Virus record (IMG/VR): IMGVR_UViG_3300032069_000867
Span: 1-58,278 of that record
DNA length: 58,278 bases
Direction: 5' to 3' (one strand)
From: a virus
Taxonomy: Duplodnaviria > Caudoviricetes
In this document: piece after piece, positions 17,955-27,607 of the stretch
Position numbering within the stretch: position 1 is the first letter of the stretch
Layout of the letters: each line of letters begins with the position of its first letter
Notes under the pieces: model-generated
Seen by the model: only the letters and a program-made list of their open reading frames with translations
The model's database searches: none
Told to the model about the DNA's origin: nothing
Program-made: the position numbers and the translations under genes

Positions 17955-19174
17955 AGTTCGTTCACACCGCGGACTGGCACCTTTCCTCGCAACGGAGCAG
18001 GCTCGACTCCGAAACCGGCCTCAACGCGAGGCTCATGGACTTCTATCGCTGCGCGCGGTTCACCGTCGAGGATGGTCTCGCTCGCGGCGCGCAGGCGATC
18101 CTGCATGCGGGCGATGCGTTTCACGGCTGTCGGCCCACGCCCACGGAAGTGCGGCTCTTCCGCGAGGCGGTCGGGCCGGCCCTGGAGGCCGGGGTGCCCG
18201 TGGTGCTGCTTCTCGGCAACCACGACGCGCCCCGGTCTCCTGTGGAACGGCATGCCCTCGATCTGCTGAGGGAGACCGAGGGGCTGGCAGTGATAGACCA
18301 GCCCACGCTGCTGTTCTTCCAGCACCTGGAGACCGAACAGCGCGACTTCCTGCGCTCGTGCGCGGCAAAGCAGGCTGACCTTCAGGTAGCGTGCCTGCCC
18401 TGGCCCAACAAGCAACTCCTCCTTGCGAGCGAAGAGAACCGCAAACTCGACCCGGGCCAGCTCAACGAACTGGTACGGGAGAAGATGATGGACTGCCTGC
18501 GTGGACTGGCCGCGCAGCTCACTCCTGACATTCCCGCGATGCTGCTGGGCCACTTCTCGGTTGATCTGGCGCGGGCGGGCGGGCAGAACCGGCTCATGAT
18601 GCTCGGAGGCGAGTGGACGCTGAACGCTCACGATCTGTCCGCGCTCCCCTTCTGCTACTTCGCACTCGGCCACATACACAAGCCGCAGATGGTCGACGGG
18701 CTGCCGCACGTCTGGTACTGCGGCTCGCCCGAAGCGGTCACCTTCGGGGAAGAGGGAGAGGACAAAGGCTATCTCCTTGTGTCCCTCGAGCGCGAGGGCA
18801 TCGGGGATGTCAAACGCATCAGCACGCCCTACCGCCGATTCGTCACCGTGGAACTCGGTGACGGCGCGGCCCTGCCTCCAGCAGAGGAGCTCGCCGGCGC
18901 AATCGTGCGGGTGCGGATTCCACAGGCTAACGACGTGGACTTCAACGCGCTGCGCCGCGACCTCGAAGCCGCCGGAGTCCACGAGTACCAGGTTGAGACA
19001 CAGCGCGCCGAGACCGTCCGCCGCAGGGCCGTCGACGTCTCCTCCGAGATGGCGCTGGAGGAGGCGATCAAAGCGTGGCTGGAGCAGCGGCCTGACCTGC
19101 AACCGATGACGGAGGCTCTCCTTACCGAAGCGCGCACCGTAGAGCAGGCGCTGCAGGAAGGGGGTGCCGCATGA
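17951..19174 (+). CDS. sbcD: SbcD/Mre11 nuclease
   Basis: HTADWH, AGDAF, GNHD, ALGHIH, YCGS metallophosphoesterase motifs. Confidence 0.95.
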   Translation: MKFVHTADWHLSSQRSRLDSETGLNARLMDFYRCARFTVEDGLARGAQAILHAGDAFHGCRPTPTEVRLFREAVGPALEAGVPVVLLLGNHDAPRSPVERHALDLLRETEGLAVIDQPTLLFFQHLETEQRDFLRSCAAKQADLQVACLPWPNKQLLLASEENRKLDPGQLNELVREKMMDCLRGLAAQLTPDIPAMLLGHFSVDLARAGGQNRLMMLGGEWTLNAHDLSALPFCYFALGHIHKPQMVDGLPHVWYCGSPEAVTFGEEGEDKGYLLVSLEREGIGDVKRISTPYRRFVTVELGDGAALPPAEELAGAIVRVRIPQANDVDFNALRRDLEAAGVHEYQVETQRAETVRRRAVDVSSEMALEEAIKAWLEQRPDLQPMTEALLTEARTVEQALQEGGAA

Positions 19175-21492
19175 GACCGCTCCGGCTGACCCTTGACAAC
19201 TTCTTGTCCTATCGCGGCGAGCACTCCATCGAGTTCGACGGCGTGTCGCTCGCAGTGCTCTCCGGCCAGAACGGGGCAGGCAAATCGAGCGTTGTGGACG
19301 CGATGCGCTTTGCCCTCTTCGGCCACACCCGCGGCGGCCTCGATGGAGTCATCACCGAAGGCGAGCAGGCCTGCCGCGTTGAGTTTGCCTTCGCCCTGGG
19401 CGAGGGCACCTACCTGGTCTCTCGCCAGCGCAGCCGCAAGGGAAGTGGCAGCACGCTGCTCTCTTTCCAGATGCTTGCCCGCCATAGCCTTGGCGACGGC
19501 GGGTCGAGCGGCGATGGCTCCGCGGTACTGGATGGCAAGAGCGTGGCCGAGACCCAGCGGCGCATCGAGCAACTCCTGCGCCTGACCGACGACCTGTTCA
19601 CCGTCACCGCCTGCGCCAATCAGGGCAATGTTGCCGCCTTCAGTCAAGCCAAGCCCGCGGAGCGCAAGCAGGTGCTCTCCGATATTCTCGACCTCGCCGC
19701 CTGGGAGCGGCGGGCCGAGATGACGCGGCAGATAGGGCGCGACCTGGCGGCGCGGATCGAGGGCGAGAAGACGCGCCACGAGGCGCTACGTGCGGCGGCG
19801 GCTGGGGTGGACGGCTTACGGGAGCAGATAGCCCAGAACGACGCGACACAGGGCGACGTGGCGCGCCAATCGGCGCAAGCCGAGGGCGACCTCGCCCAGG
19901 CGCAGGAGGCCAAAGAGGCGCTTCTGCGCGACCGCGAGGCTGACCGTGCTCGCCGCAAGGAACTCGACGACCTTGCATCTCGCGCCCAACAGACGCAGGC
20001 GACCGTCAACGAGGTGGCTTCTCGCCTCGAGGTATTGCGTCGCACGGCGAAGGACAAGCCTGCGCTCATGCAGGGTCTGCGGCGCGCCGAAGAGGCGCAC
20101 ACCTACGCGCAAGAACTCGAGGCCAAACGCCAGGAAGATGAGCGGCTGCGACATGAGGGTGAACTCGTTCGCCAGCGCCAGCAGTCGGCTGTGGCAGAGC
20201 ACGCCCGCAAGGTAGAGGCGCTCAAAGAGCGCGTGGCCCACTTGCGCAGCGCCCACGAGCGCGAGGCCAATAGCCTGAAACAGCAGGTCGCGCTGCTTGG
20301 CAAGCAGAGCGAAGTCCTTGACCAGGTGCCCTGCGCCAATCCGGTTGACGAGGCCACGCGACCATCCTTCTTCGCCATTCGAGACAAGTGCCCGCTGATC
20401 GCCCAGGCGCGAGACGCCCGGACGGCGCTGCCCGCGCTCGAAGAGCGAATGCGGAAGTTGCAGTCAGAGCAGCCGTGGTCTGAAGACGAGCGTCGGCTCA
20501 AAGGACTGCAGGCGCAGACGGCTGGTGATGAAGAGGCTGCCCGCCTGCGGGAGATCGCTGAGCAGCGCAAGGAGATCGCCTACGCCCCGAAGGAGCACGC
20601 GGAAGCCAAGCGCCAGGCGGGGCGACTCCAGGAAATCCAACAGGCACTTCGTGGAGTCGAACGCGCCGAAGCCCAGATGGTCGAGGTGCAAGCCAACCTC
20701 GACGCGATCCAGGCCGAGGCGAAGCAGATCGCAGAGCGCAAGGCCACCTTGGAGAAGGAACTCGGCCCGCAACGCAACTGGGACACGATGCTCGTCCAGG
20801 TGGAGCGCAGCATCAAGGATGCGCGATCGGCGATTGGAGACCTCCAGGCTCGTACCCAATCCCTGCGGCAGGAGCGCGGCAGCCTCGAGGAGCGCCTTCG
20901 CACTGCTGAGCAGGCAGCAAAGGAAGCCGAAGAGATAGCGGCCGCGTTGCGCGAGAGCGAGCGTCGTCTGCAGGTGCTCAAGGTGCTCGCGCAGGCCTTC
21001 GGCAAGCAAGGAATACCTGCCTTGCTGATCGAGAAGGCCGTGCCTGACCTGGAGGCCGTCGCCAACGACGTGCTTTCGGTGCTCAGCGACGGCCGCATGT
21101 CCCTGGAGCTTCGCAGCCAGAGGGAGACGAAGGCGAAGACGCTCCAGGAGACGCTGGACATCATCATCGCCGACGAGCGCGGCTCGCGGTCCTACGAGAA
21201 CTTCTCCGGCGGCGAGGCGATGAGAGTCGACCTCGCCCTGCGCATCGCGCTCTCGGTGCTCCTCGCGAGCCGGGCCGGCGCGCGGTGCGAACTGCTTGTG
21301 CTGGACGAAACCTGCGCTCCGCTCGATGCCCAGGGGCGGGCGCTGTTCGTCGAGTCTCTCCAGAAGATCGCAGACCACTTCGCCACCATCCTGGTGATAA
21401 CCCATGTCGAAGAGCTCAAGGACTTGTTTCCCTTCCGCTTCGACGTCACGAAGAACGCGGAAGGCAGCCGCGTGAACCTGGTCGCCGCGTGA
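19171..21492 (+). CDS. sbcC: SbcC/Rad50 SMC-like ATPase
   Basis: GQNGAGKSS, long coiled coil, FSGGE signature, LLVLDE, ITH. Confidence 0.95.
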   Translation: MRPLRLTLDNFLSYRGEHSIEFDGVSLAVLSGQNGAGKSSVVDAMRFALFGHTRGGLDGVITEGEQACRVEFAFALGEGTYLVSRQRSRKGSGSTLLSFQMLARHSLGDGGSSGDGSAVLDGKSVAETQRRIEQLLRLTDDLFTVTACANQGNVAAFSQAKPAERKQVLSDILDLAAWERRAEMTRQIGRDLAARIEGEKTRHEALRAAAAGVDGLREQIAQNDATQGDVARQSAQAEGDLAQAQEAKEALLRDREADRARRKELDDLASRAQQTQATVNEVASRLEVLRRTAKDKPALMQGLRRAEEAHTYAQELEAKRQEDERLRHEGELVRQRQQSAVAEHARKVEALKERVAHLRSAHEREANSLKQQVALLGKQSEVLDQVPCANPVDEATRPSFFAIRDKCPLIAQARDARTALPALEERMRKLQSEQPWSEDERRLKGLQAQTAGDEEAARLREIAEQRKEIAYAPKEHAEAKRQAGRLQEIQQALRGVERAEAQMVEVQANLDAIQAEAKQIAERKATLEKELGPQRNWDTMLVQVERSIKDARSAIGDLQARTQSLRQERGSLEERLRTAEQAAKEAEEIAAALRESERRLQVLKVLAQAFGKQGIPALLIEKAVPDLEAVANDVLSVLSDGRMSLELRSQRETKAKTLQETLDIIIADERGSRSYENFSGGEAMRVDLALRIALSVLLASRAGARCELLVLDETCAPLDAQGRALFVESLQKIADHFATILVITHVEELKDLFPFRFDVTKNAEGSRVNLVAA
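19474..19503 (-). repeat. REP-like hairpin inserted in frame in sbcC
   Basis: Reverse complement matches 38366-38392 over 27/27 nt; encodes LARHSLGDGG. Confidence 0.8.
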
Positions 21493-21505
21493 TGGGCGGC
21501 GACCC

Positions 21506-21537
21506 GCCCCAGCTTTCGGGCCGGGGCTGTTCTTCTT
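21506..21537 (+). terminator. Possible terminator after sbcC
   Basis: GCCCCAGCT-TTCG-GGCCGGGGC (one mismatch) followed by TGTTCTTCTT. Confidence 0.5.
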
Positions 21538-21551
21538 CACGAGGGAGCATC

Positions 21552-21905
21552 ATGCACACGTCATCGCAAAGGACGATCCGCCGGCTGCGTTGGGGACGCA
21601 TCGCCCAGACTGCTTTCCTCGCTCTCATGCTCTTCTACGTGTTCGGCTACGTCTACTGGCAGTTCTGGGCGTTCATCTTCTCGCCTGCGGCGGCCTGGGT
21701 GATCACCACGCTCGTGTGTGGCGGGCTGCCAGCGGCGTTTGTGTGCGGCAGGCTCCGGCGCGCCTCCTGCCGCGGGTGCCGTGAGCGGGACGCCACCGTC
21801 GCTCTGCTTGAGGATCGAGTGGTCGAGTTGCTCAGAGAGCGAGATCGCCTGCGCTTTCGGATACACAACAAGCTCGCCGAGACCGTATGCGGGAAGTCCG
21901 AATAG
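21552..21905 (+). CDS. Small membrane protein
   Basis: GGGAG RBS; two hydrophobic segments then a coiled coil. Confidence 0.65.
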   Translation: MHTSSQRTIRRLRWGRIAQTAFLALMLFYVFGYVYWQFWAFIFSPAAAWVITTLVCGGLPAAFVCGRLRRASCRGCRERDATVALLEDRVVELLRERDRLRFRIHNKLAETVCGKSE

Positions 21906-23647
21906 GCCATTGCGTAGAGGTGCTGCGGGAAATGGAGCCGGAGTCGGTCCAGTGTGTGGTCACGTCTCCTCCCTACTATGGCAAACGCTGCTATGACGGG
22001 GAGCAGACGGCGGCCTGGGGAGGCGATCCCGACTGTGAACACGACTGGGTCTCTCGCCGCTACTACACCGAACGGTCCGCCGGAAAGAGTGACAAGGAAG
22101 CCTTCGCGGAAGCCGGCGAGGCGAATCGCGAACGGCTGAAAGCCGCCCGCTGGCGGCAGGACGCGGTCTGCACCAGGTGCGGGGCCTGGCTCGGGGCCTA
22201 CGGGTTGGAACCAACCATCGACCTGTACGTGCAGCACACCGCGGAGATCCTGCAGGCGATCCGGCGCGTGCTCCGGCCCGACGGAATCGTTTGGTGGAAT
22301 CTCGGAGATTCCCGGGCGGGAAGCGGCGGGGCCCATGCCGCGCATCACCGGAACCCAGGGGTCTCCAATTCCTGGAAGCGCCGGGGCGTCCCCCATTGGG
22401 GAGCGCTTGGCCAGCCAGGGAACTACCTCGCGCCAAAGGGCCTCAAGCCCAAAGACTTGTGCCTGATTCCCTTCCGGGTCGCGCTGGCCGCGCAGGGTCT
22501 TGCTGTGGTCTCCGGCGCGGAGATCCTCAAGGCGGCCGATCTCCTGGGAGAGGCGGGCCGGCTCGAAGACTGGAGCCTCGTCCAGATAGTGGAAGACCTG
22601 CTCCGGCATTGGGCACGAGTCTGTCTCATAGCGCCGGAGACGCAGTGGGTCAGGTCGGTAGTAATCTGGAGCAAGCCAAACCCCTTACCGGAATCGACGG
22701 ATGATAGGCCGACTGATGCTCATGAATACATCCTGCTACTGGCGAAGAGCGAGCGCTACTTCTACGACGCGGATGCGGTGCGGCAACCCTACTCGGAACA
22801 GACAACCTGGGAACCCTATGTCGCTCGACACCAGAAGGATACGGCGGGAACTCTCGCTCAGTCTCCCGGCAATACGAAGAGTCGCATCCGGGAGAAGGGT
22901 CCGAATCCGCTTGGGGCAAACCTGCGCTCTGTCTGGCGCTTCGGGACTGTCGGCTATCCTGGCAACCATTTCGCCGTCTTCCCACCCGAACTCCCGCGGA
23001 GATGCATCCTGGCCGGCTCGCCGCCAAAGGTCTGCGCAACCTGTGGTTTTCCTTGGAAGCGGCAGACCCAACGGGAACCCGATAACACCGGCTATCCCAA
23101 GGGCCCGGGCGGAAACTACACGGCCAAGGGTCGCCCGCCCGGCGGCCAGGAGAACGCCGACTCTAGCACGCTCGGCAAAGTCGCCCGTTACCGGGTGACA
23201 ACGCTCGGCTGGCAGCCGACGTGCCGCTGCCACGGCGAGCCGAAGATGGTGACCGTGCGGTGTGAAGACTGCGACGGCGCCGGTCAGGAACTCGCTTATC
23301 CGGATGAAGGCGCGAACACGGCCGGCCGCAACAAGGATCCCTACCAGAGGAATAATCCCCATCTCCTGCGACTGGAGAAGGAGCCAATCGGAGAACCGTG
23401 CCCGATCTGTACTGGCACTGGACAGGTGGAGACGGAAGTGTGGTCTCCCGAAGTTCTGGAACGATGGCCGACCCGGCCGGCCATCGTGCTCGATCCCTTC
23501 GCCGGCAGCGGCACGACGCTTATGGTCGCCGAGGAACTGGGGCGCTGGTGGATCGGCATAGACATTTGCGAAGACTACCTGCCGCAGATCCAGAAGCGGA
23601 CTGCACAGCGATCACTCGCCGAAGCTTTCGAGAATGCGACACACTGA
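21887..23647 (+). CDS. N4/N6 DNA methyltransferase (beta class) with Cys-rich insertions
   Basis: VTSPPY, HFAVFP, LDPFAGSGTT; several CxxC pairs including CEDCDGAG / CPICTGTG. Confidence 0.92.
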   Translation: MREVRIGHCVEVLREMEPESVQCVVTSPPYYGKRCYDGEQTAAWGGDPDCEHDWVSRRYYTERSAGKSDKEAFAEAGEANRERLKAARWRQDAVCTRCGAWLGAYGLEPTIDLYVQHTAEILQAIRRVLRPDGIVWWNLGDSRAGSGGAHAAHHRNPGVSNSWKRRGVPHWGALGQPGNYLAPKGLKPKDLCLIPFRVALAAQGLAVVSGAEILKAADLLGEAGRLEDWSLVQIVEDLLRHWARVCLIAPETQWVRSVVIWSKPNPLPESTDDRPTDAHEYILLLAKSERYFYDADAVRQPYSEQTTWEPYVARHQKDTAGTLAQSPGNTKSRIREKGPNPLGANLRSVWRFGTVGYPGNHFAVFPPELPRRCILAGSPPKVCATCGFPWKRQTQREPDNTGYPKGPGGNYTAKGRPPGGQENADSSTLGKVARYRVTTLGWQPTCRCHGEPKMVTVRCEDCDGAGQELAYPDEGANTAGRNKDPYQRNNPHLLRLEKEPIGEPCPICTGTGQVETEVWSPEVLERWPTRPAIVLDPFAGSGTTLMVAEELGRWWIGIDICEDYLPQIQKRTAQRSLAEAFENATH

Positions 23648-23969
23648 GGTTGGCCCGGCAATGACTCGGAGGGAGTTCAAACGCGCCCTGGCTGAGCAGA
23701 TCGAGGCTGTCGCCATGCTGGTGAGTCAGCGGAACGCCGCCTACGCCGGGGCCGATGCTCTCAAGTGCTGGCGGAAGCGGGGCCTCGCCGGCCTGCTGGT
23801 TCGGCTGGAGGACAAGCTCGCGCGCTTCGACACGTTCATCGAACGGGGCGGAGCGACCGAGTCGGAATGGCGAGAGTTGCTGAGCGACATTGCCGGTTAC
23901 GCCCTGTGCGGGCTGGTGTGGCTCGCGCATGGTAGCGATCTGAGCGTCAAGAGCGGCGATGATGAATAG
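23634..23969 (+). CDS. Nucleotide-modification-associated domain (DUF1599/Nmad1-like)
   Basis: RNAAYAG...GLLVRLEDKLAR...LLSDIAGYA; start may be 23661. Confidence 0.7.
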   Translation: MRHTEVGPAMTRREFKRALAEQIEAVAMLVSQRNAAYAGADALKCWRKRGLAGLLVRLEDKLARFDTFIERGGATESEWRELLSDIAGYALCGLVWLAHGSDLSVKSGDDE

Positions 23970-24168
23970 ACGCCGCAATCGGAAAACCGAATGCGCCCAA
24001 TGCCGATACCAGGGGCCGAGGGTGCATGTGAACGGAGCAGTCTACGCGACCTGTCTGCGGCACCGCATGGATGGAGAGGCGCACGCGTTGCCGCAGGAGT
24101 GGTTGGATGCCCTGGCTTCGGAGGAAGCGCGCTGCGAACTCTTTCAGCCGCGGCGGGAGGTCGCCTGA
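23959..24168 (+). CDS. Small Cys-rich protein
   Basis: CxxC...C...C; overlaps both neighbours. Confidence 0.55.
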   Translation: MMNRRRNRKTECAQCRYQGPRVHVNGAVYATCLRHRMDGEAHALPQEWLDALASEEARCELFQPRREVA

Positions 24169-25205
24169 TGCCCTGGCGTGGTTTCGAGGCCCTGCCGCCC
24201 TATTTCGGCGGGAAGAGGCGGCTCTGCCCGCGCATCTTCCGCGAGATCGCGCGGGTGCATCCACGCGAGACCTGGTCGTCGCTGCGACTGGTCGACCCGT
24301 TCCTGGGCGGGGGCAGCGTGAGCCTCTATGCCAAGGCGCAGGGCTTCGGCGTGCTGTGCGGCGACCTGGCCGAGCGGAGCGTGATCATCGGGGAAGCGCT
24401 GATCGAGAACGATAGCGTGAAGCTGAACCAGGAAGACCTGCTGCGGCTGTTCGTGCCTGCTGAGGACAATCGGCACGTGATCGAGGAGAACTATGTGCCG
24501 GACTGCTTTGCGCTTGCCTCGGCGCGCTTCCTCGACAACGCCTTCGCGGTGGTGGTGGAGGTCGAGGACGGAATGAAACGATCGCTGCTTCGCCTGCTGC
24601 TGGTGAAGTACATCTACTGGCTGCGGCCGCACTCGAAGTTTTCGTCACCGGGCGCCTTCAACCGCCCCTTTGCCGAGCAGCGGTGGGATGACATTAAGGC
24701 GACCTACAAGCACGCCATCGCCGCCAATGCGAGCCACCCGCTGCCCGCGCTGCGCTCCCTGGCCAGGTATATCAACCGGGCGGTGGCGCGTGGCGCGCAG
24801 CCCTGCCAAGCAATGAAGGGCGAAGCGCTGGACACCATCCGCGCCGGCGAGGGGGCAGAGGTGCTGTACCTCGACCCGCCTTACAGCGGCACGCTTTCCT
24901 ACGAGGAAGAGTATCGCGTGCTCGACGAGATACTGGGAGAGCGCCACGAGCCGAGCGCGTTCTCCGAGCGCGATGGGCTGAACCACTTCGCTTCGGTGCT
25001 GGAGCAGTGTGGTGCCTACCCGCTCTGGGTCATCTCCTACGGGAACGCGGTGGCGGACCTTGATGCGGTGCGCGCCCGCGTCGAGCGCTTCCGCCCGACG
25101 CGAGCAGTGGAGATCGCTTACTCGCACATGAACGCGGTGGCCACCCAGGCGAAGCGAGAGGCAAACCGGGAGTTCATCATACTTGCTGGAGGAATGCTTG
25201 CATGA
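24168..25205 (+). CDS. DNA adenine methyltransferase (D12/Dam-like)
   Basis: PYFGGKRRL, DPFLGGGSVS, YLDPPY. Confidence 0.9.
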   Translation: MPWRGFEALPPYFGGKRRLCPRIFREIARVHPRETWSSLRLVDPFLGGGSVSLYAKAQGFGVLCGDLAERSVIIGEALIENDSVKLNQEDLLRLFVPAEDNRHVIEENYVPDCFALASARFLDNAFAVVVEVEDGMKRSLLRLLLVKYIYWLRPHSKFSSPGAFNRPFAEQRWDDIKATYKHAIAANASHPLPALRSLARYINRAVARGAQPCQAMKGEALDTIRAGEGAEVLYLDPPYSGTLSYEEEYRVLDEILGERHEPSAFSERDGLNHFASVLEQCGAYPLWVISYGNAVADLDAVRARVERFRPTRAVEIAYSHMNAVATQAKREANREFIILAGGMLA

Positions 25206-25576
25206 AGGTCTACGTAGCAGGCCCATACACCCCGGATGACGGGCGGGAGGAGACACGCCTGGCGAACATTCGCTGCGCCAGCGAGGCGGCTCAGCAACTG
25301 CTCAAGGCAGGGCACACGCCGTTCTGTCCGCACACGATGACCGCTGGGTGGGAGCAGACGTGTGACTACGACGATTTCCTCCGGCTGGGCATGGAGTGGC
25401 TGGCGGCCTGCGACGCCATCCTGCTGCTGCCGGGCTGGGAGCAGAGCCAGGGAGCGCGGCGAGAGCATGAGGAGGCTGTGACGTTGGGTCTGTTGATCGT
25501 GCATGACCTGGAGAGTCTGGTTTCCGCCTCCGCCCAGGCTATGGCGGACAAGTCGGGAGGTGTGGACCGTGCCTGA
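25202..25576 (+). CDS. DUF4406-like (nucleoside deoxyribosyltransferase fold) protein
   Basis: VYVAGPY...CDAILLLPGWEQSQGARREH. Confidence 0.85.
   Translation: MKVYVAGPYTPDDGREETRLANIRCASEAAQQLLKAGHTPFCPHTMTAGWEQTCDYDDFLRLGMEWLAACDAILLLPGWEQSQGARREHEEAVTLGLLIVHDLESLVSASAQAMADKSGGVDRA
25514..25567 (+). repeat. REP-like hairpin plus flanks, duplicated at 34414-34466
   Basis: AGTCTGGTTTCCGCCTCCGCCCAGGCTATGGCGGACAAGTCGGGAGGTGTGGAC. Confidence 0.8.
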
Positions 25577-26234
25577 GATGATCTCGCGAGAGCGCATTCG
25601 ACCGAATGAGTGGAACGCCAACGCCTTCGACCCGGCCAACTACCCCAAGCTGGTGGAGAGCATCCGGGAGAAGGGCATCATGGAGCCGCTCAAGGTCATG
25701 CCCGATCCGGAGCATGAGGGTGACTTCCTGCTGGTCGACGGCTATCATCGCTGGAAGGCGGTCGGCGATCTTGGCCTGGAGGAACTGCCCTGTGAGGTCT
25801 GGCACATCTCGCCTGAAGAAGCGAAAGTCAGAGGACTGCAACTGAACTACCTGCGCGGCCAGCCGGTCCCGGTCCGGCTCGCCAACCTGGTGCATGATCT
25901 GAATCGCACCTACTCGGTGGATGACCTGGCGAACATGCTGCCCTGGTCGGAGAGCCAACTGCGGGATTCGTTGGAGTTGCTGAAGCTTCCGGCCGACCTG
26001 CAGGGCAAGCTGGAGGAACAGGCCAGGCAGGAGGCGGCGGAAGCGCCCATACCCGTCACAGTCGTGCTGCTGGGCAAGGAGCATGACTCCTTCGAAGCGG
26101 CGATGCAGCAGGCAAAACAGCGACTGGGCAAGGGCGCACGGCGGGGAGAGTGCCTGGCGGCGATCTGCAGCCACTACGTCATGGGCCCCGCCTCTTCAGA
26201 AGACAACGCAGAGACGGAGACGGCGGATGACTGA
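25569..26234 (+). CDS. ParB/Srx-like protein
   Basis: PNEWNAN...LVESIREKG...LVDGYHRWKA; GTG after GGAGGT. Confidence 0.88.
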   Translation: MPEMISRERIRPNEWNANAFDPANYPKLVESIREKGIMEPLKVMPDPEHEGDFLLVDGYHRWKAVGDLGLEELPCEVWHISPEEAKVRGLQLNYLRGQPVPVRLANLVHDLNRTYSVDDLANMLPWSESQLRDSLELLKLPADLQGKLEEQARQEAAEAPIPVTVVLLGKEHDSFEAAMQQAKQRLGKGARRGECLAAICSHYVMGPASSEDNAETETADD

Positions 26235-27570
26235 GCGATTGGCGCCAGCGAGCGCTGAAGAGTATGAGGTGGAACTCTGGCCCATCGCGCGCCTGCAGGC
26301 CAACCCTCGCAACTACCGCTCGCATCCGCCGGAGCAGATACAGGTGCTGCGAGCGAGTCTGCTGCGCCACGGGCAGCAAAAGCCCATCGTTGTCGCCCCG
26401 GACGGTGTGATCCTGGCCGGGCACGGGGTGCTGGAGGGGGCAGAAGCGGCCGGCTGGCAGGAGGTGGCGGTCAAGGTCTACACCGGCAGCAATCCGGGAG
26501 CCTACCTGCTCGATGATAACGAGACAGTCCGTCTCGCAGTTGACGACGAGCAGATCCTGGCTCGTCTGCTGCAAGAGCGCCAGGAAGCCGGGACACTGGA
26601 TTCCACCGGCTGGGATGAAGATTCGCTGCGTGAGTTTCTCTCCCGCTTGGAGACAGGACAGGAATCCGGACTGGTCGACCCGGGCCCGGGCGAGCCGCCA
26701 GCCGAGCCTTTCACGCGGGCCGGTGATGTCTGGCAGTTGGGAGAGCATCGGTTAGTCTGCGGGGATGCACGCGACCCGGCGATACTGGACTTGCTTCTGG
26801 AAGGCAGCAAAGCACAACTGGCTATCACCTCGCCTCCCTACGGCGTCGGCAAGGAGTACGAAGAGAAAGGGATCACGCCCTGGTTCGAGACAGTCAAGCC
26901 GGTGATCGAGAACCTGGGCCGGTGTGCCGAGATCGTCTGCTGGCAGATGGTGGACCTGTATGCCACCGGCACCCAGTTCATCGAGCCCACGCTCGCCTAT
27001 TCCATCCAACTCTTCATGCAGGCGGGGATGCGGCCCATCTGGATTCGTATCTGGGAAAAGCAGGGCTTGAACTTCGGGGTGGGGCCTTATCACCTCGTCT
27101 CCAACAAGCCGGCCCAGCAGTATGAATATGTGGCGACCTTCGCGGACGAGCACGCCGCGTTGGACATGCCGGAAGAGAGGCCTTATGCCTTCGTGACCGC
27201 CTTCGCCCGGGCGCAGCATCGCTTTGTGCAACGGCTGACCCAGGCGGAGCGCAAGGCCTGGGGATATGCAGGCGTCTGGAAGATCAACACCGTGCCCGCG
27301 AACGACGTGCATCCGGCGATGTTCCCGGTTGAGCTGCCAGAGCGCTGCTTGAAGATGCACTCGGATGTGGGTGGACTGATCCTGGAGCCATTCTGCGGGG
27401 CGGGAACGACCTTGATTGCGTCCGAACGGCTGGGACGGCGTTGCCGTGCGGTGGAACTGCAGCCGGCCTACTGCGATGTCACCATCGAGCGCTGGCAACG
27501 GATGACAGGCAAGATGGCGGTACGCGTCTCTGATGGCGCGCGGTTTCCCAGGCGTGCGGAGGCGGGATAA
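26227..27570 (+). CDS. ParB-like N-terminus fused to N4/N6 DNA methyltransferase
   Basis: NPRN...ILAGHG; GDVWQLGEHRLVCGD, TSPPY, HPAMFP, EPFCGAGTT. Confidence 0.93.
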   Translation: MTERLAPASAEEYEVELWPIARLQANPRNYRSHPPEQIQVLRASLLRHGQQKPIVVAPDGVILAGHGVLEGAEAAGWQEVAVKVYTGSNPGAYLLDDNETVRLAVDDEQILARLLQERQEAGTLDSTGWDEDSLREFLSRLETGQESGLVDPGPGEPPAEPFTRAGDVWQLGEHRLVCGDARDPAILDLLLEGSKAQLAITSPPYGVGKEYEEKGITPWFETVKPVIENLGRCAEIVCWQMVDLYATGTQFIEPTLAYSIQLFMQAGMRPIWIRIWEKQGLNFGVGPYHLVSNKPAQQYEYVATFADEHAALDMPEERPYAFVTAFARAQHRFVQRLTQAERKAWGYAGVWKINTVPANDVHPAMFPVELPERCLKMHSDVGGLILEPFCGAGTTLIASERLGRRCRAVELQPAYCDVTIERWQRMTGKMAVRVSDGARFPRRAEAG

Positions 27571-27607
27571 TGGCGCAAAATGACGCGCCCAGGGGGATGA
27601 TGAGCTG

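Noticed and set aside
21887-23647. Intein in the long methyltransferase
   Set aside because: No HN-C/S/T splice junction or LAGLIDADG motifs; extra length is explained by Cys-rich inserts.
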